This document shows, in pieces, positions 55,032 through 64,000 of a stretch of 64,000 bases of DNA. A program made the position numbers and the translations under genes. A model generated the notes under the pieces. It worked only from the letters and a program-made list of their open reading frames with translations, was not told where the DNA came from and did no database searches. Location of the stretch: the NCBI GenBank assembly GCA_043756865.1, contig JAYUQG010000005.1, forward strand, positions 40,614 through 104,613. Reading direction: 5' to 3'. Each line of letters begins with the position of its first letter. The stretch's first letter is position 1. Source of the stretch: a bacterium. Its GTDB lineage: Bacteria > Patescibacteriota > Minisyncoccia > Phycocordibacterales > UBA6899.

Positions 55032-55106
55032 ATCGAAAGATATGAGGATACTAACACGCAGTTAAGTCGCTGTCCATAAATTACGGCTTCGTTGAGCGCG
55101 CTTCGG

Positions 55107-55550
55107 TTATTTCAGTACTTCGCTTTCCTCTGCCGTTAGTTCAAATTCGGAGGTGCGATGCTTTATTGGTTTGGCAAAAATACTCACTTTTTCGCGTGAA
55201 TAAAGAGTCGAGATAACAACGCCGTCACCGTTCTCGTCTAAAAGTGCGCTCGCAAAGCTCTGGTTGCCGCCGCTTCCTGTGCCAGCAAATGGGTTAAAAC
55301 GAACTGTTTTCACCCCATGGAGCTTCTTCTTCATTCGCGCATCGATTGATGTAAGTGCTTGACTAATTTCACGATGCTCAGCAAATAGGGTTACAATAGA
55401 CTTTTGATTTTCGATAATGGTGTCTTCGAGAGAGGGGGTATCTTTTCCCGACATGAGTCTGTCCATGCGTTTTTCCAACAGCACTATCCAAACAATAAGG
55501 AAAAATATCGCAAAACCTAGTAATATGATAGTGATCACGGCGGAGTCCAT
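55107..55550 (-). CDS. hypothetical membrane-anchored protein (possibly DUF4446-like)
   Basis: N-terminal TM then a charged coiled region; family call from memory, uncertain. Confidence 0.4.
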   Translation of the reverse strand: MDSAVITIILLGFAIFFLIVWIVLLEKRMDRLMSGKDTPSLEDTIIENQKSIVTLFAEHREISQALTSIDARMKKKLHGVKTVRFNPFAGTGSGGNQSFASALLDENGDGVVISTLYSREKVSIFAKPIKHRTSEFELTAEESEVLK

Positions 55551-55651
55551 ATTTGTTATGATAGCTCACGGGGATTGAATTGCAAATGTAGATGCACCCA
55601 AAATCTTCCCAAGTGTCTGGTGTGCGTATAGTATGTTGGCACAAAAGCATC

Positions 55652-56890
55652 ATGAACTTCACAACACATACACCAGAAAAAAGTAAGCGAGTTTATCTCG
55701 ATTATGCAGCAGCAACCCCTGTTGACCCTGCGGTAATTGACGCCATGTTGCCCTTTTTTGCTCAGGATTTCGGCAACCCTTCGTCTATACACCGAGAAGG
55801 GGTTCACGCAAAACGGGCCTTGGATAATGCGCGCGCGAGTATTGCGGGCGCACTCGCTGCCCACCCTAGTGAAATTATTTTTACCGCGAGTGCGACAGAG
55901 TCCGCACATTTGGCAATCGTGGGCACAATTTCCGCATGGATGCGCACGCACCCAAATTTGCGCCCACATGTAATTGTTTCATCCATTGAGCACGATGCCG
56001 TGCTGAGTGCAGTGCGCACACTCCCGTTTCCTGTTACGGTTTCATATTTACCCACTAACGAGCATGGCATAGTTGACGCCGGAGCGCTGGGGACGCAACT
56101 CCGCGAGGAAACGGTGATCGTATCAGTGATGTACGCAAATAACGAAATTGGGACCATTCAACCGATCAAAGAAATAGCCTCGCAAATTCGACGTTGGAAG
56201 AAAGAGGTGAGAAAAAGCGCCCGTGACACAAAAAAACAGGGCGATGCATACTATCCACTACTGCATACTGATGCATGTCAGGCTACTAACTATTTACCGT
56301 TATCCACCCCGGAACTTGGTGTGGATTTGCTCACACTGAATGCAGCAAAAATTTATGGCCCTAAAGGCGTGGGCGCACTTTTCGTAGGCCGCGGAGTACC
56401 TCTCCTGTCAGTCATCGCGGGTGGCGGACAGGAAAGTGAGAGGCGTGGGGGTACAGAGAATATTCCACTTATTGTTGGTTTTGCACATGCACTACAATTG
56501 ACCCAAGCAAAGAGGGAAAGTGAGGTGTCTCGGCTCTTGCCAATACGCGACAAACTTATTGCACTGCTACAGCAGATTAGCGGTACGAGGATAAATGGTT
56601 CGTTGCAAGACCGATTGCCCAATAATGTGAATTTCTCAGTGCAAAACGTTGATCATGAGTTTTTGACCATTGCACTCGATGCGCGAGGCTTTGCGGTTTC
56701 AACAAAGAGTGCCTGCAACGAACGAGACGCAGAACATTCACACGTACTCGAAGCACTGTGCGCTGCGGGCGGGGGTGGTAGTACTTCCGGCATAAGAGTT
56801 TCACTTGGAAGAACAACTACACTGAGTGACGTGGAGCAATTTGTATGCGCACTCGAGGATATCCTCGCACACCAGATTGTCAGCAGGTAA
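55652..56890 (+). CDS. cysteine desulfurase (class V aminotransferase, IscS/NifS-like)
   Basis: N-terminus YLDYAATTPVDPAV; PLP-Lys region; C-terminal domain. Confidence 0.8.
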   Translation: MNFTTHTPEKSKRVYLDYAAATPVDPAVIDAMLPFFAQDFGNPSSIHREGVHAKRALDNARASIAGALAAHPSEIIFTASATESAHLAIVGTISAWMRTHPNLRPHVIVSSIEHDAVLSAVRTLPFPVTVSYLPTNEHGIVDAGALGTQLREETVIVSVMYANNEIGTIQPIKEIASQIRRWKKEVRKSARDTKKQGDAYYPLLHTDACQATNYLPLSTPELGVDLLTLNAAKIYGPKGVGALFVGRGVPLLSVIAGGGQESERRGGTENIPLIVGFAHALQLTQAKRESEVSRLLPIRDKLIALLQQISGTRINGSLQDRLPNNVNFSVQNVDHEFLTIALDARGFAVSTKSACNERDAEHSHVLEALCAAGGGGSTSGIRVSLGRTTTLSDVEQFVCALEDILAHQIVSR

Positions 56891-56904
56891 TTCTCACCGT
56901 ATGA

Positions 56905-57654
56905 TTGTGTCATATGGACCTCGCGTTAATTCTTGCGTGGGCGGTGGGAGTAACAAGTTTCACACTGCTCGGAAGTCTCTATGCGCGACGCTATGAGCGC
57001 TCGGACTTATTAATCGGACTCTACATTTCCTTTGTATTGACTGCGCAGATTCTCGCTACCAAAATAGCGGTCTTTGACTTGGGGGTCGGATCGTTCACGG
57101 GCCCTGCGGGTGTCCTTGTTTTCTCAGTGACATTTCTCCTGACCGATATTGTAAATGAGCGCTTTGGTCGCAAGGAAACGCAGCGCATGATTGGGATTGC
57201 CCTTGTCGCCCAAATTGCAATGGCATTCTTCTTGTGGGTTGGAGGTCAGTTTGACGCTGCCCCACTATGGAGTGAGCAGGGAAATCGCTGGGATATGGTA
57301 TTTTCGCTCGTCCCGCAAATCACCATTGCATCTTGGTTGGCATTTATGGTTTCTGAAAACATCGATGCCTATATTTATGCTTGGTTCAAGCGCGTGACGC
57401 AGGACCGCCATCTCTGGATGCGTAATATTTTTTCGACACTGCCCGCGCTTGCTATCGATAGTATTATATTTATTCCCATTGCATTCTATGGTGCTACGTG
57501 GGAGCTCATGCTGTTGGCCATACAAGGCCAAATCGTCCTCAAGTGGATTGTCGGCGTGATTAATATTCCGTTCATGTATCTCAACCACGCAATTTTAATC
57601 AAAGGAAAGGACACACCTGATAGAGTATTTTGGGAGGACGCAACTCCGGAATAG
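56905..57654 (+). CDS. yhhQ: queuosine-precursor (VUT family, YhhQ-like) transporter
   Basis: ~6 TM, 249 aa, conserved GxxxFxxTFLxTD-like segment (GVLVFSVTFLLTDIVNERFG). Confidence 0.6.
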   Translation: MCHMDLALILAWAVGVTSFTLLGSLYARRYERSDLLIGLYISFVLTAQILATKIAVFDLGVGSFTGPAGVLVFSVTFLLTDIVNERFGRKETQRMIGIALVAQIAMAFFLWVGGQFDAAPLWSEQGNRWDMVFSLVPQITIASWLAFMVSENIDAYIYAWFKRVTQDRHLWMRNIFSTLPALAIDSIIFIPIAFYGATWELMLLAIQGQIVLKWIVGVINIPFMYLNHAILIKGKDTPDRVFWEDATPE

Positions 57655-57706
57655 CGCCTATCGTGCTATAATGGACAAACTATATTACCGTTAATACACA
57701 AACACT

Positions 57707-58279
57707 ATGTACACCGCACAAAATTTCTCGTCACTTCATGGCACCCCAGGATTCAGTGAAACCTTACTCAACAACCATTTCACGTTGTATGAGGGATACG
57801 TCAAAAACACAAACACGCTTATCGAGACCCTGCGCAGCGGCAAGCGTGCAGCAGGTACCCCTGAATACAATGAACTCACCCGCCGTTTTGGCTGGGAATG
57901 GAATGGAATGCGATTGCACGAGCTGTATTTTGCAAACTTGAAAAACGGTGGACAGACCACGACTGCGGGTGGCCCACTTGAAGCGTTGTTGACCGCAACG
58001 TGGGGTTCATTCGAAAATTGGAAAAAGGACTTTATGGCAGTGGGTGGAATGCGCGGAATTGGCTGGGCAATTCTTTCATACGACGCAGAGCAAAAAGCCC
58101 TTTTCAATGTGTGGGTCAACGAACACGACGTTGGCAACCTTGCTGGCGCAAAACCACTTTTGATTATGGACGTTTTTGAACATGCTTTTATGATTGATTA
58201 CGGAATCAAGCGTGCGGACTACATCCAGTCATTTATGGGGGCGGTTGACTGGTCGGTAGTTGAGAAGAGACTCGTATAA
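57707..58279 (+). CDS. Fe/Mn superoxide dismutase family protein with a divergent N-terminal His motif
   Basis: C-terminal DVFEHAFMIDY matches the SOD D-x-W-E-H-A-Y-Y motif; the N-terminal HHxKHH is replaced by NNHFTLYEG. Confidence 0.5.
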   Translation: MYTAQNFSSLHGTPGFSETLLNNHFTLYEGYVKNTNTLIETLRSGKRAAGTPEYNELTRRFGWEWNGMRLHELYFANLKNGGQTTTAGGPLEALLTATWGSFENWKKDFMAVGGMRGIGWAILSYDAEQKALFNVWVNEHDVGNLAGAKPLLIMDVFEHAFMIDYGIKRADYIQSFMGAVDWSVVEKRLV

Positions 58280-58354
58280 TTGTCGAGTCATTTGCATTGA
58301 CACAACAAGCCTTCCTGATAGTCTCAGGGAGGCTTTTGCACACAACGGTTAGGA

Positions 58355-58891
58355 ATGTCAATGATTCGCACACTTTCAATGCTCGCACTGTCACTTTTTG
58401 CACTTACCGCCAACGCAAAGGACACGGTGGTGCTTTGTAAAAACTATGACGATTACGCTTCCAGAAGCGCGTTTGATGAATCTTTTCAAAGACTCATGGA
58501 GCAGGGTTACAGCCCGAAGCTACTAGCAAAAACAGTCAAAAAGTCCACGTTGACCTATGTTGGCACTGGCTTACGACTTGGTATGGGGCCCAAAGACAGA
58601 CGTATCATTGCAATGGGCGCAGTGGCTGGCTCACCTGCATCACGTATTGAGCTTTTCGAAGGCCGTGCTTGGACCGTCACGTCAATCGATGGGGTTTCGT
58701 CTCTCGAAATGGATATCGAAGATGCACGAAATCTGGTCAGAGGAAGCAAAACAGGCACTGGCGTTGTGCTCAAGTTGGTGCGCCACTCCACCCCATCCGA
58801 AGGCAGGGAATACACCCGCTATGTCGAGCGCGATCGCATCACGATTCCCGTTGAGACCACGTGCTATACATTCAGACTCACAAAAAAGTAA
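58355..58891 (+). CDS. hypothetical secreted protein (signal peptide)
   Basis: Intrinsic terminator follows at 58894-58920. Confidence 0.4.
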   Translation: MSMIRTLSMLALSLFALTANAKDTVVLCKNYDDYASRSAFDESFQRLMEQGYSPKLLAKTVKKSTLTYVGTGLRLGMGPKDRRIIAMGAVAGSPASRIELFEGRAWTVTSIDGVSSLEMDIEDARNLVRGSKTGTGVVLKLVRHSTPSEGREYTRYVERDRITIPVETTCYTFRLTKK

Positions 58892-58893
58892 AA

Positions 58894-58920
58894 CAAACGA
58901 CCAATGGGTCGTTTTTTGTT
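58894..58920 (+). terminator. intrinsic terminator (aacgacc-aatg-ggtcgtt + TTTTTGTTT)
   Basis: Hairpin plus T-run. Confidence 0.6.
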
Positions 58921-58950
58921 TCGCTAAGCTTGTGATAAACTAAAATTGCT

Positions 58951-59853
58951 ATGGAAGACCTCACTAATCGTCAAATTGTGCTGCTTACTATGCTCACTTC
59001 GTTTGTGGTTTCAACCGCAACAGGAATAATCACTGTCGCGATGCTGGAAGAAGCTCCACAGACATTAACCCAAACAGTGAATCGTGTTGTTGAGCGCACA
59101 ATTGAGCGTGTGGTCACAGGTACTACGACGCCCGAGAAGCCAGCACCTGCTCCTGTGACAACGGTGACCAAAGAAGTAACTATATTCGCAAAAGAAGATG
59201 ACCTCATAATTTCAGCCGTTGAAAAGAATCAACCCCGCATCGCGCTCATCTTCGAAGATACTTCTGCCACTGGGACTGAGCCCCTTTCTCGAGGTTTCGT
59301 TATCTCCCGAGATGGATTTATTGCAACCGACAGGCGCGCAATCGATGCTGAAGGCAAGCTCCGGGATACATACCGCGTATTAATTGGAAGCACCTATTAT
59401 CGAGCTACGTCGATTGCAATAGACAAGGACGATACAACCACTATTGCATTTCTTAAGTTATCAGAGTTGAAGGCGAGCGAGACACTCGATGCGGTTTCAT
59501 TTGGTACCCAAGCTAACCCACGTGTTGCGCAGACAGTTATCGTATTTGGCGGGGGCGACGGCTCTAGCATTTGGAAGACAAATCTTTCAAAATTAAGATA
59601 TACCAAAACCTCAAGCACTTCCACCGCTACAGCAATTGCAGGGATTGAAGCAAGCCCCAGAATACCTCCCGAGTATAGTGGCGCATTGGTGCTCAATCTC
59701 GATGGGCAAGCAGTCGGTATCGTCATCGAAGAGTCTGAAAACAGTAGAATAATCTACCCCTCATCGCACATATTAGACTGGGTCAAACGTATGCAGACTG
59801 CACCCCCGAGTGCCACAGAATCTAAGCCCAGTACACCCAAAGGAGCTACGTGA
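58951..59853 (+). CDS. membrane-anchored trypsin-like (S1 family) serine peptidase without PDZ domain
   Basis: N-terminal TM; trypsin_2-like core with the Ser region EYSGALVLNLDGQAVGI. Confidence 0.5.
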   Translation: MEDLTNRQIVLLTMLTSFVVSTATGIITVAMLEEAPQTLTQTVNRVVERTIERVVTGTTTPEKPAPAPVTTVTKEVTIFAKEDDLIISAVEKNQPRIALIFEDTSATGTEPLSRGFVISRDGFIATDRRAIDAEGKLRDTYRVLIGSTYYRATSIAIDKDDTTTIAFLKLSELKASETLDAVSFGTQANPRVAQTVIVFGGGDGSSIWKTNLSKLRYTKTSSTSTATAIAGIEASPRIPPEYSGALVLNLDGQAVGIVIEESENSRIIYPSSHILDWVKRMQTAPPSATESKPSTPKGAT

Positions 59854-59925
59854 CCAAGAAGCGGTGGGTATTGACATAGTCTGCAAATATTGTATTCTGT
59901 AGTTCACAAGCATAATTCAAATACC

Positions 59926-62610
59926 ATGCCACCATTCAACAACTTTACAACCAAAGCGCGCGACGCAATCCGAAAAGCCCACGAACTCGCCATAGAACGC
60001 GGGCAAACGCATGTTACACCATCACACCTTTTAGCTGGGCTCGTCTTGCAGGAAGAGAGTATGGTGCTTTCTATTCTTGAAAAACTAGATATCGACCCAA
60101 TGCTCATGACGGAGTCGATTATCGAGTCACTCGAAGATGGTACTCCTATTGGGACACAGACCGCCTCCTCGTACCAGCTTTACCTCACACCAGAGCTCGC
60201 TCAGGTGCTTGAATCTTCCCAGGGGGTCGCCAAGGAACTCTCTGACCAATTCATATCCACGGAGCATCTTTTTCTTTCACTCATGAATGTGCCCTCGGGT
60301 GCGCAAGAGCTTATTGCAAAGTTTCGCATCGACAAAGATGGCGTACTCCGTGTTCTTTATGAACTCCGCGACAGTGGGGCAGGTGAGACAGGTGGACCAC
60401 AGAAACTCCGTGCTATCGGAAAGTATACACGCTCACTTACGAAACTCGCTCGGGAAGACAAGCTCGACCCCGTCATAGGCCGCGATGAAGAAATCAGCCG
60501 CCTTATACAAATCCTTTCACGCAGAACGAAGAACAACCCTATCTTAATAGGTGAAGCAGGAACGGGTAAAACCGCAGTCGTGGAAGGCTTGGCACAGCGT
60601 ATATCAAAAGGGGATATTCCTGAATTTCTTCGTGACAAGGATTTGGTCTCACTCGATCTCGGACTCCTTATCGCAGGTACAAAGTATCGTGGAGAGTTTG
60701 AAGAGCGCTTGAAGTCCATCATGAAAGAAGTGGAGCGTTCAGAAGGGAAAATTATTCTCTTTATCGACGAGATACACACAATAGTGGGTGCAGGCGCCGC
60801 AGAAGGTGCCATGGATGCCTCAAACATGCTTAAGCCCGCGCTCGCGCGGGGTGAACTTCGCGCTATTGGTGCAACCACAATCAAGGAATATCAAAAGCAT
60901 ATTGAAAAAGACCCTGCCCTCACCCGACGCTTCCAGCCGGTGTATGTAAACGAGCCGAATATTCCTGATGCAGTTGCTATTTTACGTGGACTCAAGGAGA
61001 AGTATGAAATATTTCATGGTGTCAAAATTACCGATGATGCCATACTTGCTGCGGTGAATCTTTCGAGTCGCTATATTGCGGACCGATTTCTTCCTGATAA
61101 GGCGGTTGACCTTATCGACGAGGCAGCTTCATCACTCCGCATTGAGCTTGAAAACAAGCCAACTATACTTGAGACTACACATCGCAAAATCATGCGACTG
61201 GAGATAGAGAATGAGGCATTGAAGCAAGAGAGCGAAGGCGATGAAGGAAAGAAAGCGAAGTCGCGCATGAAAATCATCGAAAGAGAAATTGCCGACTTGA
61301 AAGAGGCGACACGAGAGTTCGAACTAAAATGGAAAAACGAAAAGGAACTCGTGCTTGCGCTACGAAATATTAAAAAAGAGCTCGAGACAATGCGTCTTGA
61401 GGCCGAGAACGCAGAATTGCGCTCTGATTTGGCCAAAGCAGCTGAAATTCGTTACGGTAAAATTCCCTCGCTTGAAAAATCACTCACCGACAAAACTGCA
61501 AAGCTCAAAAAGCTACAAAGTTCACGCCGCATTCTCCATGAGGAGGTTACCGAGCAAGATATTGCAAAAGTAGTTGCAAAGTGGACGGGTATCCCGCTCT
61601 CGCGCATGCTCGAAGAAGAAGCATCAAAGCTCGGCCGTATTGAAGATGAACTCAAGCGACGTGTTGTTGGGCAGGACGCCGCAATTCAGAAAATAGCTGA
61701 TGCTATCAAACGCTCGCGTGTGGGTATTGCAGATCCGGGACGTCCAATCGGTTCCTTCCTCTTCCTTGGGCCCACTGGTGTGGGAAAGACAGAGCTAACA
61801 AAAGCCCTCAGTAACTTCCTCTTTGATGACGAAAAGGCGATGATTCGGGTAGACATGTCCGAATACATGGAGAAGTTTGCTGTTTCGAAGCTCATTGGGG
61901 CGCCACCAGGCTATGTGGGCTATGAGGAGTCAGGTAACCTCACCGAGCAAGTACGTCATCGACCATACTCCGTTATTCTTTTTGATGAAATAGAGAAGGC
62001 ACATCCCGAAGTATTTAATATCCTCCTTCAGGTACTTGATGATGGCCGGCTCACTGACTCGAAAGGCAGAGTGGTGAATTTCAAAAACACGGTTATTGTG
62101 ATGACCTCAAATATTGGAAGTGAGTTTATCGACAAAATGCAGACTATTGGTTTCGGGAATACCTCTGACGGTGATGAATATGCGAACACCAAAGACAAGG
62201 TAATGAACAAACTCAAAGACTTCTTCAGACCCGAGTTCTTGAATCGTCTCGACGACATCATTATGTTCGATATTCTTTCACCCCTCGCGCTCAAAGATAT
62301 TGTCGCCATACAGGTGGAGAAACTGCGTGAGCGTCTCGCAACTAAGGATATCAAGCTCACTATCTCACCTGATGCCATGGAGTATCTTGCAAAAGAGGGC
62401 TATAACCCTAATTACGGTGCTCGACCACTCCGCAGGCTGATACAGGACAAAATCCTCACCCCCGTAGCTTCTACCATCATCAAGGAGCGCATGATGACCG
62501 GAGGACTTGTAACGGTAAACATGAAGGATAACGAGATTCTCATTAAGGTAGAAAAAAGGAAGCAATCCATTCGCTCAAGGATTCAACCAAAGGAGAAGGT
62601 GCGTGCTTAA
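59926..62610 (+). CDS. clpB: ATP-dependent chaperone ClpB
   Basis: Clp N domain; two AAA+ modules (GEAGTGKT; GPTGVGKTE); long middle coiled-coil. Confidence 0.9.
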   Translation: MPPFNNFTTKARDAIRKAHELAIERGQTHVTPSHLLAGLVLQEESMVLSILEKLDIDPMLMTESIIESLEDGTPIGTQTASSYQLYLTPELAQVLESSQGVAKELSDQFISTEHLFLSLMNVPSGAQELIAKFRIDKDGVLRVLYELRDSGAGETGGPQKLRAIGKYTRSLTKLAREDKLDPVIGRDEEISRLIQILSRRTKNNPILIGEAGTGKTAVVEGLAQRISKGDIPEFLRDKDLVSLDLGLLIAGTKYRGEFEERLKSIMKEVERSEGKIILFIDEIHTIVGAGAAEGAMDASNMLKPALARGELRAIGATTIKEYQKHIEKDPALTRRFQPVYVNEPNIPDAVAILRGLKEKYEIFHGVKITDDAILAAVNLSSRYIADRFLPDKAVDLIDEAASSLRIELENKPTILETTHRKIMRLEIENEALKQESEGDEGKKAKSRMKIIEREIADLKEATREFELKWKNEKELVLALRNIKKELETMRLEAENAELRSDLAKAAEIRYGKIPSLEKSLTDKTAKLKKLQSSRRILHEEVTEQDIAKVVAKWTGIPLSRMLEEEASKLGRIEDELKRRVVGQDAAIQKIADAIKRSRVGIADPGRPIGSFLFLGPTGVGKTELTKALSNFLFDDEKAMIRVDMSEYMEKFAVSKLIGAPPGYVGYEESGNLTEQVRHRPYSVILFDEIEKAHPEVFNILLQVLDDGRLTDSKGRVVNFKNTVIVMTSNIGSEFIDKMQTIGFGNTSDGDEYANTKDKVMNKLKDFFRPEFLNRLDDIIMFDILSPLALKDIVAIQVEKLRERLATKDIKLTISPDAMEYLAKEGYNPNYGARPLRRLIQDKILTPVASTIIKERMMTGGLVTVNMKDNEILIKVEKRKQSIRSRIQPKEKVRA

Positions 62611-62898
62611 CTACTCACACAATTAATTACCCACTGTATATGGCAGTGGGTGATTTGCATTAGAATTCCAAAAGAGTATTATTTGCACAGTGTACAGGAG
62701 AAAAGTTCGTGCCAACGGTTACTTTCGTGTTGTATAAAAATTTCCCTATTTCATGTGAAGGAAATGACGTACCAGGTGAAGCAAAGGCCTTAAAGATATG
62801 GATGCGGGACTCTCCTCATCTCCGCGACGAAGCAGAAAAGCTCGCAATGGAGCTTAGTCTGGAACACAAAAAGCACACACAGCTGTGGGAAATCGGAT

Positions 62899-62930
62899 AA
62901 AAAAACCGGCGCATGCGCCGGTGTTGTTCT
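62899..62930. terminator. bidirectional intrinsic terminator (aaaaaaaccggcgc-atgc-gccggtgttgtt)
   Basis: Palindromic GC stem flanked by A7 and a T-rich tail. Confidence 0.6.
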
Positions 62931-62941
62931 GTGCTCAGGAA

Positions 62942-63118
62942 TCAATCCGCGAGCGAAATCAGGAGTTGCCCTGCAATCCCTCCGAGCATGCCGCCGAGGA
63001 ATATGCGCTCGATTGGGCCGCCGCCCATACTGCCCAGAAAAAAATTGAGACTTGCGCCAATCAGTGCGACGAGCAGGATGACCACGAGACGCAAATTGGA
63101 TGAAACTTTTCGCGACAT
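62942..63118 (-). CDS. 58-aa small membrane protein, GlsB/YeaQ/YmgE (transglycosylase-associated) family-like
   Basis: Two TM helices with GxxxG-type motifs (LGGMLGGIAGQ); terminator at its 3' end; below the ORF-track cut-off. Confidence 0.45.
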   Translation of the reverse strand: MSRKVSSNLRLVVILLVALIGASLNFFLGSMGGGPIERIFLGGMLGGIAGQLLISLAD

Positions 63119-63169
63119 AAAATCCCTTTTGTGCTAAGCCTGCTTGTAAACTACAAACAATCTGGGGGT

Positions 63170-63404
63170 GTGTCAATTACTCGTAAATAGGGAAGAAGGG
63201 CTTCGAATCCAGTCGGGACTAAAGCAGGGCAGGAGTTTCTTCCATTACATGGACGGTACACCCTTCGTATCTCACTTCACTTGCGGACAAGCTTGTTGCG
63301 ATATACTCAGGGTCTTCGAATCCTGCACGAAAGTGCTTCAGAGCACTTTCTCCTACGCACCGACAAAAACGGCACCCCTTGCAGGGTGCTCGTTTTTGTT
63401 TCGG
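63170..63404. repeat. composite tRNA-linked repeat downstream of tRNA-Tyr
   Basis: ATAGGGAAGAAGGGCTTCGAATCC box; second GGGTCTTCGAATCCTGC box; gcacgaaagtgc hairpin; 25-bp hairpin ctacgcaccgacaaaaacggcaccc/agggtgctcgtttttgtttcggtgcgtagg including the tRNA 3' end. Confidence 0.6.
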
Positions 63405-63488
63405 TGCGTAGGGCAGGATTCGAACCTGCGAAGCCCATAGGACGACAGATTTACAGTCTGTTGCGATTGACCACTCCGCCACCTACGC
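63405..63488 (-). tRNA. tRNA-Tyr (anticodon GTA), long variable arm, no encoded CCA
   Basis: Manual fold: acceptor GCGTAGG/CCTACGC, anticodon stem-loop ACAGA-CTGTAAA-TCTGT, T-arm GCAGG-TTCGAAT-CCTGC. Confidence 0.8.
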
Positions 63489-63605
63489 ATTTGCGTGGTG
63501 ACAATATAACAGCTAGGGAGTACTTTGTAAATTGCCGTCTATACAGAAAAATACCGTGGTGGTATCGTCGTTGTAGATGTAACAACTTAAATAAAGGTAG
63601 GCAGA

Positions 63606-64000
63606 ATGAATAAAGCCGACTATTTTGTAGACGCCTGCATTCTTATTGCGGAAACTCTCCCTGCCGCTGCGTTCCATTCTGAAGAGTTTCTGGCACAAGA
63701 GCTCGATACTGTATTTCGTACCTCGTGGCAGCTTGTCCCGCTATATGGTGACAGCACTCAGGCGAACGGGGTGCCCATTAGCGAGTCAGTCGCGAAGCCG
63801 CTCACCGTGGCACCATTTCAAATGGGAGATACCCCATTGTTTCTCTCGAGAGACAAAGAGGAAACACTGCATGTACTTCCAAATACGTGCACCCACGCGT
63901 GGTATCGTTTGGTGCATGAGCCGAAGCAGCTTACTAGTGAGCGCATTATGTGCGGACAACACGGCAGACAGTTTGCAGGAGACGGGAGGTTTCTCAAGCA
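63606..64000 (+). CDS. Rieske [2Fe-2S] domain protein, N-terminal part (continues beyond the window)
   Basis: CTH...(20 aa)...CGQH Rieske ligand spacing; open to the window edge. Confidence 0.5.
   Translation, partial: MNKADYFVDACILIAETLPAAAFHSEEFLAQELDTVFRTSWQLVPLYGDSTQANGVPISESVAKPLTVAPFQMGDTPLFLSRDKEETLHVLPNTCTHAWYRLVHEPKQLTSERIMCGQHGRQFAGDGRFLK

Noticed and set aside
62709-62900. 63-aa plus ORF after clpB
   Set aside because: No RBS, and it sits between the clpB stop and the bidirectional terminator; possible but unsupported, so it is not listed as a feature.

Overview
This 64 kb window is a bacterial chromosomal segment, not a plasmid or phage. It carries many housekeeping genes. On the plus strand: gyrA, clpB, pth, a cysteine desulfurase and a queuosine-precursor transporter. 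On the minus strand: one long run FkbM-methyltransferase -> GtrA -> GT39-like glycosyltransferase -> lepB -> hisS -> rpsU -> ybeY -> ftsA -> ftsZ -> trxB, plus rpsA and infB-rbfA. IF-2 is the short form (501 aa) and none of the tRNAs encodes a CCA end. Together with the compact gene spacing this hints at a reduced-genome lineage, possibly CPR/Patescibacteria-like; that placement is inference only. Accessory content worth attention, in order of position: (1) a CusB/CusA-type heavy-metal RND efflux pair followed by two unrelated Met-rich small proteins; (2) a periplasmic binding protein, histidine kinase and dual-REC response regulator operon; (3) a four-gene lipid-linked glycosylation cluster (GT2, GtrA, FkbM methyltransferase, GT39-like); (4) a GC-rich ~315 nt structured RNA of unassigned class with a clean promoter and terminator; (5) a tandem array of 8 diverged paralogous ~115-aa proteins (signal peptide plus two TM helices, TrbC/VirB2-pilin-like topology) that converges on a large polytopic membrane protein and a soluble partner; this is the best candidate for an undescribed surface or secretion system; (6) six tRNA genes, all on the minus strand (Val, Leu-TAG, Lys, Leu-TAA, Cys, Tyr), embedded in a composite interspersed repeat family, with long hairpins that sequester the tRNA 3' acceptor end. 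No CRISPR array, rRNA, transposase or integrase was recognised.
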